Assembly: GCA_034659315.1 (NCBI GenBank)
Contig: JAYEGZ010000121.1
Coordinates: forward strand, 1-34,491
Source of the DNA: Methanobacteriota archaeon
GTDB taxonomy: Archaea > Halobacteriota > Methanosarcinia > Methanosarcinales > Methanogasteraceae
DNA: 34,491 nt
Reading direction: 5' to 3'
In this document: in pieces, positions 8,842 to 16,326 of the stretch
Layout: every line of letters starts with the position of its first letter
Position numbering within the stretch: the stretch's first letter is position 1
Notes under the pieces: generated by a model
Told to the model about the DNA's origin: nothing
What the model saw: only the letters and a program-made list of their open reading frames with translations
The model's database searches: none
Program-made: the position numbers and the translations under genes

Positions 8842-9843
8842 CTAAAATCCCATCGCCTTATTCGTCTTCCTGATCGACTTTGCGAAGTCTTGCTCGGTCT
8901 CTGTCATCGACCTAATACAATCGACGTTTTCAGGGATTACGTCAGATTCCTGGTGTATTGCCTGGAACAGATACAATTCCCGATCCGAAACATTGATCGA
9001 GGCATCCCACACGCAGTTCTCCCACATGTCGCTTCTCGGACGATTCATATCGCGTGCCAGTTCCATGATCTCGGCGGTAGAGGTGATACCCTCTCCGACA
9101 AACCGGATCCTTGAGTTCTCGCCCAGTACATCAATCACATCGCGTGTTGTGCAATCCTGTTTCAGCACCATGTTCAGGATGTGCAGATGCATAAGCGTCG
9201 TTGGAACCTTGATTGCAACGGTATCAATGTTGATGTGCGGCATCACCGTAGCTACATCAGGTCCATGGTGAGACGGCATCTTCAGTTCGGGTATGATTGC
9301 GTTGATCGGACCTGTCTTAACGTCTCCGGGGTCAGCCGACCGCCTGCATAGTGTTGCGCGCACCTTTTCGACACCATAAGCCGCATCGAGCGCAGAGATG
9401 ACTCTGGAAAGCCCGGTTGTGTTGCAGGAGACGACTCTTGCATAATCGCATCCGAACGCTGCATCATAATTCGAGTGTGCATTAAACGAGATTCCGGCGA
9501 GTTCGTGGTCTTCACCGCCCTGCCAGATCGCTTTTATGCCCGCGGCATCGTATACGGACTTATTCCCGGCACCGATCTTGCCCGGGGTGCAGTCCACAAC
9601 AACGTCCCCCGCTCTGAGCATATCATCGACGGTACCGCTGATCTCCATGCCCGCACTCTTGAAATCAGATTCCCTGCCAGCAAGCACATAGAGTGGAAAT
9701 CCTTTGTCAAGCGCCATCCGCGCCTCAAAGTTAGGACGTGTCTTTGCAACACCTGCAATCTCCATATCCGGCTGAGCCTCGACGGCATCTGCCACACGCT
9801 TTCCAATCGTGCCATACCCATTAACTACTACTTTTACCGACAT
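8842..9843 (-). CDS. gap: type II (archaeal) glyceraldehyde-3-phosphate dehydrogenase
   Basis: MSVKVVVNGYGTIGKRVADAV Rossmann N-terminus and the catalytic SCNTT motif. 333 aa. Confidence 0.93.
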   Translation of the reverse strand: MSVKVVVNGYGTIGKRVADAVEAQPDMEIAGVAKTRPNFEARMALDKGFPLYVLAGRESDFKSAGMEISGTVDDMLRAGDVVVDCTPGKIGAGNKSVYDAAGIKAIWQGGEDHELAGISFNAHSNYDAAFGCDYARVVSCNTTGLSRVISALDAAYGVEKVRATLCRRSADPGDVKTGPINAIIPELKMPSHHGPDVATVMPHINIDTVAIKVPTTLMHLHILNMVLKQDCTTRDVIDVLGENSRIRFVGEGITSTAEIMELARDMNRPRSDMWENCVWDASINVSDRELYLFQAIHQESDVIPENVDCIRSMTETEQDFAKSIRKTNKAMGF

Positions 9844-9847
9844 ACCA

Positions 9848-10030
9848 TCATTCCTTTATCTGTATTATTGCTACTTCATTCGTTATATCAATCTCGGCGA
9901 TTGTTCCATGTACAGCCGTAACATCACCAAGAATGCTTCGCAGTTCGATAGAACCTGCGTCCACCTTGATATACACCACATCTTCTGCAAGAATTGTTCT
10001 GTCTGGTTTCATCACTGTAAGTTCGCACAT
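9848..10030 (-). CDS. CooT-family small (putative nickel-binding) protein
   Basis: 60 aa starting MCE. The layout matches the CooT family (MCE...V..I.....I.L....G....V.G.I..I). Its stop is 4 nt before the gap start. Confidence 0.6.
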   Translation of the reverse strand: MCELTVMKPDRTILAEDVVYIKVDAGSIELRSILGDVTAVHGTIAEIDITNEVAIIQIKE

Positions 10031-10045
10031 AATCTTTAACCTCGC

Positions 10046-10471
10046 CTATTTAGGACTGACCGGGGCAAAACCGTTCAATGCCTTTGGTCTATCAATCATC
10101 TTCGGTTGTTCGATGCTTTTTGGCGCACCTGTTGCTTCCGGCAGGGCAACCATACGATATGCAGGAGGCGGCCGTTCTACCTTTAATATCTGTGCCGTCT
10201 CCGGAACTTCAGCTATTGTAGAAGTGTCCGTTTCGTGTTTTTTATGATTCGCGCCGTCTACTTTGCCCATGAGGTACCGCTGTTTAAGCAGATCTTCGAT
10301 GCCATATCCTGTGGCACGTGCGATCTGTTTGTTATACGCTTCAGCAACCCAGCCAATCTCGGAATGGTGGTAATACCCGACCTCAGAACCAAGTTTGTAC
10401 ATCGCCTCAAGGAGTTCGGTCCGCAGAGATTCACTCATGGGTTTGAGATCTTTTTTCTTTTTGAAGTGCAT
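10046..10471 (-). CDS. hypothetical protein, partner of the KaiC-like ATPase
   Basis: ATG 10471 lies 6 nt after the KaiC-like stop. The N-terminal ~75 aa look helical (LRTELLEAMYKLGSEVGYYHHSEIGWVAEAYNKQIARATGY), followed by a Pro/Ala-rich tail. I recognise no family. Confidence 0.6.
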   Translation of the reverse strand: MHFKKKKDLKPMSESLRTELLEAMYKLGSEVGYYHHSEIGWVAEAYNKQIARATGYGIEDLLKQRYLMGKVDGANHKKHETDTSTIAEVPETAQILKVERPPPAYRMVALPEATGAPKSIEQPKMIDRPKALNGFAPVSPK

Positions 10472-10477
10472 GGTCAA

Positions 10478-11227
10478 TCACTTTATGCGATCCAGAACCT
10501 CGATCCCCTGCTTGTTGAACCTGATCCTCCGCATGTCACAATCATGCTCGGTACCGCGCATCTTAATGACCTGTATCGCACGGGTCATAGCGTCATCACG
10601 CATGAAATTGTGCATGAAGATGACACCGCTTGCAGCGAACTGTTCGGTGCTGTATGTGTTTGGATCAGTCAGTTCTGACAGAAGGATCGTTGTGCAACCA
10701 AGTTTCCTCAGGTTCCGCATGAATCTGCCAAGTTCCTTCTCCTCCTGTGAACGCTCACTTGTCGTAAATCGTATCGCAGACACCGAATCGATCGTCACTC
10801 TCTTGATCTGGTACTGCTTCACAAAGTTGTTGATCTCCTTGTACACGATGTATGGTGAAGGTGGCTCGGTCTCTGGCGCTGGCTCTGACATCTCGTCATA
10901 GCTGGTGGTGATCACGCTGTGCAGTTCCTCACCATAGCCATACTCAAGCGTCGGACCAAGGTCTAAGAAGAATAGTTTCTTTAGTTTGATCAATGTCGAC
11001 ACATTCAGGGCATAATTTGACATGTCGCTGACAATATTCTGCGGGCTTTCAGAGAGTGTCACGTACAACCCGAGTTCCCCAACTGTTGCCCCATAAGTCA
11101 GAAACTGCGTCCCAAGCGTGGTTTTACCACTGCCTGGTGGACCACTTACCAGATACACCCTGTTCTCGATCAGTCCCCCTTGGATTAATTCATCGAATCC
11201 TGCGATTCCAGTTTTCTTCCGCATCAT
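10478..11227 (-). CDS. single-domain KaiC/RecA-like ATPase
   Basis: GIAGFDELIQGGL...VSGPPGSGKTTLGTQF (Walker A) and a Walker B-like RVTIDSVSA. The C-terminus MRGTEHDCDMRRIRFNKQGIEV is typical of KaiC-like proteins. Confidence 0.88.
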   Translation of the reverse strand: MMRKKTGIAGFDELIQGGLIENRVYLVSGPPGSGKTTLGTQFLTYGATVGELGLYVTLSESPQNIVSDMSNYALNVSTLIKLKKLFFLDLGPTLEYGYGEELHSVITTSYDEMSEPAPETEPPSPYIVYKEINNFVKQYQIKRVTIDSVSAIRFTTSERSQEEKELGRFMRNLRKLGCTTILLSELTDPNTYSTEQFAASGVIFMHNFMRDDAMTRAIQVIKMRGTEHDCDMRRIRFNKQGIEVLDRIK

Positions 11228-11405
11228 TGTATAACTCCCTTAAACCAATAATTTCTATGCAATACATTAGTTATAAACATGTTGGTGATTGTTGGGCGGA
11301 TTTGCGAGGCTATTTAATCCGCCTGAAACCCCCGGAAAAACTGCCATCATCCATGCACACATTTTTGCGCGTGCAAGCTCGCGCGTCTGGCATGGTTGGT
11401 AGGGA

Positions 11406-11479
11406 TGGGCTCGCTGCGATTCGAACGCAGGATCCCCGCCGTGTGAAGGCGATGTCATAACCGACTAGACCACGAGCCC
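11406..11479 (-). tRNA. tRNA-Val (anticodon CAC), no intron, CCA not encoded
   Basis: The reverse complement is GGGCTCGTGGTCTAGTCGGTTATGACATCGCCTTCACACGGCGGGGATCCTGCGTTCGAATCGCAGCGAGCCCA. It folds as a 7-bp acceptor stem, D arm, anticodon loop TTCACAC and T loop TTCGAAT. Confidence 0.93.
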
Positions 11480-11558
11480 ATGACTAATGGTTTAGAGTAT
11501 GGATAACAATATAAAGATTACGTGAACAAAGCGGATATGACCAATGTGGACATGACCA

Positions 11559-12635
11559 ATGAGCTCAATGATTGATATGGACCGACAGATGAAATGCGAA
11601 CTACATGGAGATATGATCACCGCGGGTAGCGACGCAGTCAGCGAACTGTATGACCGCGGTTTCTACGGGCGAAAGAAAGATGGGGTGCTTGAATTATCGC
11701 TCATCGAGGGCGCGTACCTGCTGTACCGCGAGAAGATAGAGATTTTCTCGAACGGAGTGTCTGTTGATTTCAAAACATTCTTTGAGATCGCATCCGGGCG
11801 TTCCGAGGATTTTGAACTGCGATATATTGTGTTTAAGGATCTGCGTGAGCGTGGTTACTATACAAAGATGAATCCGATCGGTTTTCGAGTGTATCCGCGG
11901 GGTGGACACCCGGGAGAAGTCCCGGCACACATATTTATCTATGTGATCTCCGAACGAGCACATCTCCCACTGAAAAGCCTGATTCATGAGCTGAACAAAG
12001 CAGTAAATGCAAGGAAACGATTGATACTGGCGATAGTGGATGAAGAAAGCGACATAACGTTCTACGAGATTAAGAAAATAGCCATGGTTGGCAAAACCCC
12101 GATCAAACCGGGAGAAGTCGAAGTCCCGATGATTGCAGGTCTGGTTAACGATCGGACGATTGTCTGGGATCAGGAGATGTCTGATTTTCTGCATAGCAGC
12201 TATTTCTTTGGGCGAAAACTTGATGAGTCCCGGCTTCAGCTATCGCTTGTCGAATCCGGCTACCTGCTTGGCAAGCGATGGATCAGGATCGAGCACAAGG
12301 ACATTGCAGACTCAGACGCAGGCAAGTTCAACGAGTACGCGGCCGGTGTCGAACCCGGATACATGCTAAAGTATCAGGTGTATGCGCATCTCAGAGATAA
12401 CGGGCTTGTCGCAAAGACCGGATTTAAGTTCGGAACCCATTTTCGCGTGTATAAACAGTTTAAGTCAGACACACACTCGGAATACCTCGTACACGCGGTC
12501 ATGCCAGATTACATATTTGCGCTGCCCGAACTGTCGCGTGCGGTGCGCATCGCAAATAGCGTCAGGAAACGGATGGTTTTTGGATATGCCAATGGTGAGG
12601 TTGAGTATGTCGAGATCGGATGGATCCGGCTATGA
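11559..12635 (+). CDS. endA: tRNA-splicing endonuclease, duplicated (two-unit) type
   Basis: 358 aa with two tandem EndA-like units. The C-terminal catalytic unit carries GFKFGTHFRVYK...HSEYLVH. An alternative start is ATG 11589 (MKCELHG). Confidence 0.88.
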   Translation: MSSMIDMDRQMKCELHGDMITAGSDAVSELYDRGFYGRKKDGVLELSLIEGAYLLYREKIEIFSNGVSVDFKTFFEIASGRSEDFELRYIVFKDLRERGYYTKMNPIGFRVYPRGGHPGEVPAHIFIYVISERAHLPLKSLIHELNKAVNARKRLILAIVDEESDITFYEIKKIAMVGKTPIKPGEVEVPMIAGLVNDRTIVWDQEMSDFLHSSYFFGRKLDESRLQLSLVESGYLLGKRWIRIEHKDIADSDAGKFNEYAAGVEPGYMLKYQVYAHLRDNGLVAKTGFKFGTHFRVYKQFKSDTHSEYLVHAVMPDYIFALPELSRAVRIANSVRKRMVFGYANGEVEYVEIGWIRL

Positions 12636-12768
12636 TGATTGGTGATTCATGTGGTTGGGCAGTGCATCCGGAGGTACTGTAAGATGGTTTTGGGGCTTGC
12701 CGTAAAATAACATGTTGTGATCAGTGTCATTCCCCCAACGTGCGAGTTCGTGGTTTAATAACTTTTTT

Positions 12769-12901
12769 GCGTAAAAAACCACGAGATTGACACGAGAAGA
12801 TGGATAGTACTTTCAAGATATTGGTGATATGTTTGTGTTTTATATCATGCCACCGATACTTTCTCCTGGAAATCTGTGTACTCTTGTAGTTAGCTAAACA
12901 C
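12769..12901 (-). repeat. MITE-like palindromic element, copy 3 (inverted orientation, one end truncated or rearranged)
   Basis: It ends with GCTAAACAC at 12893-12901. The reverse complement aligns with copy 2 up to GGTTTTTT. The far end is replaced by an inverted partial copy (CGTGGTTT ... AAACCACG). Confidence 0.75.
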
Positions 12902-12946
12902 GCGCAAGGAAGTTAAACCAGACCGGAGTTATTATGGGATAGTTCC

Positions 12947-13531
12947 TTAGTTAACGTTCTGCGCAATCGGAAGAACATGCTCCGGGATTGTTGCGGTTTC
13001 ATACACCCTATATTCTCGCTGTACCCGGTTGCCACGCCGCTCAAGAACGCCCCGGGCGCACATCCTGGCAAGGTATGTTGAGACCGTGCTCTGTTTGATC
13101 GGGTCATAGACGCGCTCGTAATGGTTCTTTATGTCGGTGGATGTAAACCAAACCTGTGGATACTCATACTTTAAGAAGAGTTCGAGGCGCTCACGAACAG
13201 ATAACGACTCCGGAATCGGCGCATCCGGTATCAGGCATGTCACTGCTGCCCTTGACTCTGTAGTGGGGGTTCTGGTCCCGGTTGAGAAGTTCTCGACGAA
13301 CCGGATGATGACTTCCGCCCAATTGGCGGCTTCCGATTCTATGATGATGTCTTCGCCATCATCTGTCGTGAGTATTAACCGGGACCTTGCGTGGGTTGAG
13401 TCCCCGGACTCTTGGGCGGGTGCCGGGACCGAATTGATGAAACTGATCAACACGTCCTTCCAGCCAGCTCCACCTGACCGGATTGTGTGCCGACAGTCGT
13501 TGTCGGTCGTGATGTCGAGCCGGGATCTCAT
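12947..13531 (-). CDS. hypothetical winged-helix protein with an internally duplicated N-terminal module
   Basis: GAGGA lies 5 nt upstream of ATG 13531. The C-terminus STVSTYLARMCARGVLERRGNRVQREYRVYE looks like a wHTH. The N-terminus carries two copies of an RSRLxxTTD...W..V.I.F module. Confidence 0.7.
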   Translation of the reverse strand: MRSRLDITTDNDCRHTIRSGGAGWKDVLISFINSVPAPAQESGDSTHARSRLILTTDDGEDIIIESEAANWAEVIIRFVENFSTGTRTPTTESRAAVTCLIPDAPIPESLSVRERLELFLKYEYPQVWFTSTDIKNHYERVYDPIKQSTVSTYLARMCARGVLERRGNRVQREYRVYETATIPEHVLPIAQNVN

Positions 13532-14107
13532 ATCTTTTCCTCAAATGATGTTCACCGTCCATCCCCTCAGATGCCTGGTGCTGTATAAACTGCGATCCAC
13601 CATGCTTTTGTGCACGTATTGTGCGGATCGTCATATATGTGAATGTGTAATGCTCGATATATAAAGGTTTTGTAGAGATTCATGGCATAACTACAATTTA
13701 TTCAGGATAGGTACAGTGATGTGCTTTGTTCACATCCGGAACTCGGTCAATGATCCGGTTTACTGGTTTGTTAATCTTTCGTATCAGACACATTTCGACA
13801 GATACTGTGAACAGTTATGCAAGCTATCCTACAATAGGTCAGGTGGATTACTCGGCATGTAGTTAATTTTAGCTAAACATAGTGTTAACCGGGTTAAACA
13901 CGGAACAATGAACTTTCATTAGTTCACTCAAAGATGTACACTTTGTTCAAAAAACATACTTGTGAACAAGATCATCTAAAAATTTAAGGCATCCGGAACA
14001 TATCCTCCCATCTCCAGCTCCCACACCTTTACAGGAAAATCCACCAAAAGCCATTCCCAAGTCGGAGGATGGAAATGGGCTGATGGCGGACGGTTGTACT
14101 TACGCGT

Positions 14108-15373
14108 TTAGCGAATGAGTATCTGGTTACGTTTCGGACCATTTGAGACCATCTTAACATCGACTTTGAGGATCTCCTCCATTTTACGCACGTAATCCTG
14201 CGCAGCATTCGGCAGATCTGAGAACACCCTTGCAACCGAGATATCCTGATCCCATCCTTCCACCTCTTCATACACAGGGATGCAGCGCTCGAGATCGGAC
14301 GAAAGCTCGGGTGGATAGTCTATGCGCTCGCTATCCAGTTCATATCCGGTGCAGACCCTGATCGGATCAAGTCCGGTCAGAACATCCAGTTTTGTCAGTG
14401 CGATGCTCGTGTAAGCGTTTAGATACACAGATTTTCGTGCAAGTGGGGCGTCAAACCAGCCGCACCGCCGGGGTCGCCCTGTGGTGGTGCCAAATTCACC
14501 ACCCACATCCCTGAGCCGGTCTCCGATCTCGCCTGCCTGTTCAGTCGGCAGCGGACCCTCGCCAACCCGCGTGATGTATGCCTTGACCACGCCGACTACC
14601 TGATCCACCATCGTCGGACCTATGCCAAGGTAGGTACATGCGCCGCCGGCGGTAGTGCTTGACGATGTTACATACTTCTGGGTGCCGTGGATAATATCGA
14701 GATGCGCGCCCTGCGCGCCCTCCGCAAGCACGTTCCCGCCAGAATCGAGCGCACGGTTCAGTTCATAAGAAACATCAGTGATGTATGGCTTGAGCGTGGC
14801 GCCGTATCCTGTATAACCCGGAATTCCCGCACGCACCACGCCGGGATCGCCTCCGAGATCGACGATTGCGCGCTCCCTCTGCGGCGCAAGTTCGTCCATG
14901 ATCTCTAAAAACGCGTTTTTGTCGGCAAGATCTGCCAGCCGCACCTCATCTCTTGATATTTTATCGATATACGCAAATCCGATGCCGCGGGCGGTTGTCC
15001 CGATCTTCTTCTCTCGTTTTTGTTCCCGTAGCTTGTCCATCTCGATGTGGTATGGCATGATGATGCTCGTCTTTGCATCAATCCCAAGTTTTTCGGGCGT
15101 TATTTTTATGCCCATATCCGCAAGCATCTTGATCTCGCCGATAAGAACTCCCGGATCGACAACCACGCCCGGACCAATCAGGAGGCGGGCGCCTGTCAGG
15201 ACGCCTGACGGGAGTAGATGGAGTTTGTAAGTGTCGTCTCCGACGATTACTGTGTGTCCTGCATTATTTCCGCCCTGAAATCGGACAACGGTGTCATAAT
15301 CACTGCTCAATACATCTATGATCTTTCCTTTGCCCTCATCTCCAAACTGGGCACCTGTGAGGATGGTGAACAT
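14108..15373 (-). CDS. purA: adenylosuccinate synthetase
   Basis: P-loop GAQFGDEGKGKIID, GGNNAGHT and TTGRPRRCGW motifs. 421 aa. Confidence 0.95.
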   Translation of the reverse strand: MFTILTGAQFGDEGKGKIIDVLSSDYDTVVRFQGGNNAGHTVIVGDDTYKLHLLPSGVLTGARLLIGPGVVVDPGVLIGEIKMLADMGIKITPEKLGIDAKTSIIMPYHIEMDKLREQKREKKIGTTARGIGFAYIDKISRDEVRLADLADKNAFLEIMDELAPQRERAIVDLGGDPGVVRAGIPGYTGYGATLKPYITDVSYELNRALDSGGNVLAEGAQGAHLDIIHGTQKYVTSSSTTAGGACTYLGIGPTMVDQVVGVVKAYITRVGEGPLPTEQAGEIGDRLRDVGGEFGTTTGRPRRCGWFDAPLARKSVYLNAYTSIALTKLDVLTGLDPIRVCTGYELDSERIDYPPELSSDLERCIPVYEEVEGWDQDISVARVFSDLPNAAQDYVRKMEEILKVDVKMVSNGPKRNQILIR

Positions 15374-15457
15374 ATCTCTAAATCTGTGCAGGCATGTTAT
15401 AATCCTTTTCAGGGGGTGGTTAAGATTAAGCCGCCTGCCCGTAAGTAGTCACCAACC

Positions 15458-16231
15458 ATGCCCATCAGGATAACATTGATCGGAACCGGAGTTGCCATCC
15501 CGCAGCCACACCGGGTGCAGTCAGGCGTGCTCGTTGAGCTTGGCGATCTGGCATCTCCTGAATTTTCAGTATTGTTCGACTGCGGAAGCGGAGTTCTCCC
15601 GCGCCTTACCGGCTTTACCGACTGCACTGCGATCAATCAGGTATTCCTCACGCACCTGCACCTTGACCACGTCGCGGATGTCATGAGTCTTATCAAAGCG
15701 AAATGGCTCTGCGAAAGCTACGATCTTACGATATATGGACCTTCCGGAACCAATGAGTGGCTTGCGAGGGTTTTTGATGCGTATCCCTACATGAAAAACC
15801 GGGTGCGGATCAATGTCACAGAGCTTGCGGATAATGATCGTGTTTCGATCGGAAAGTTCGAGATCGTCTGCGCAGAGACTATACACGCGCTGCCGTCGCT
15901 TGGCTACGGTATCGCTGATGAGCGCGGGCAGGTGCGGGCAGTATACACCGGAGACACCGAGCCGTGCGAAAGCATAAAGAGGCTCTGCGATGGTGCAGAT
16001 ATCCTGATTCACGAGTGCTCGTTTCCGGATTTTGTACCTGACGTGACCAATCACACAACACCGCAGGCGTTTGGCGAGATGTTTGGGTCAGTATCGGTGG
16101 GCAGGATCATTCTCACGCACCTCTACCCACACACAATGGGATTTGAGGAGGAAATGGTGAAAATCGTGCGTAAGTACTGTGGTGGCTGCGACGTTGCGAT
16201 TGGCAGGGATATGGAGACTGTCACGCTTTAG
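15458..16231 (+). CDS. MBL-fold metallo-hydrolase (RNase Z-like fold, specificity unknown)
   Basis: HLHLDHVAD metal-binding motif (HxHxDH), with downstream H and D ligands (TIHALPSLGY, YTGDT, HECSF). 257 aa. Confidence 0.8.
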   Translation: MPIRITLIGTGVAIPQPHRVQSGVLVELGDLASPEFSVLFDCGSGVLPRLTGFTDCTAINQVFLTHLHLDHVADVMSLIKAKWLCESYDLTIYGPSGTNEWLARVFDAYPYMKNRVRINVTELADNDRVSIGKFEIVCAETIHALPSLGYGIADERGQVRAVYTGDTEPCESIKRLCDGADILIHECSFPDFVPDVTNHTTPQAFGEMFGSVSVGRIILTHLYPHTMGFEEEMVKIVRKYCGGCDVAIGRDMETVTL

Positions 16232-16326
16232 AATATCATGGTTCCTTAGTCTGGCAAATACACATAAATGATTCAGATCCTTTGCTTTTCCGTAACATAT
16301 AAGTGATAGATACCCGACCAATACGC

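Noticed and set aside
8788-9114. 108-aa plus-strand ORF
   Set aside because: It starts inside MITE-like copy 2 and runs antisense into the gap gene. No motifs are present.
11228-11405. Possible integration site at tRNA-Val (looked for a direct repeat of the tRNA 3' half nearby)
   Set aside because: I saw no second copy of the tRNA 3' end by eye, and no integrase gene. The flanking genes (KaiC-like, endA) look native.
13868-13881. TTTAGCTAAACA resembling one terminal repeat of the MITE family
   Set aside because: Only about 12 nt match and no adjacent element body is present. It could be a solo end or chance, so I mention it under the 13532-14107 finding but do not call it a copy.
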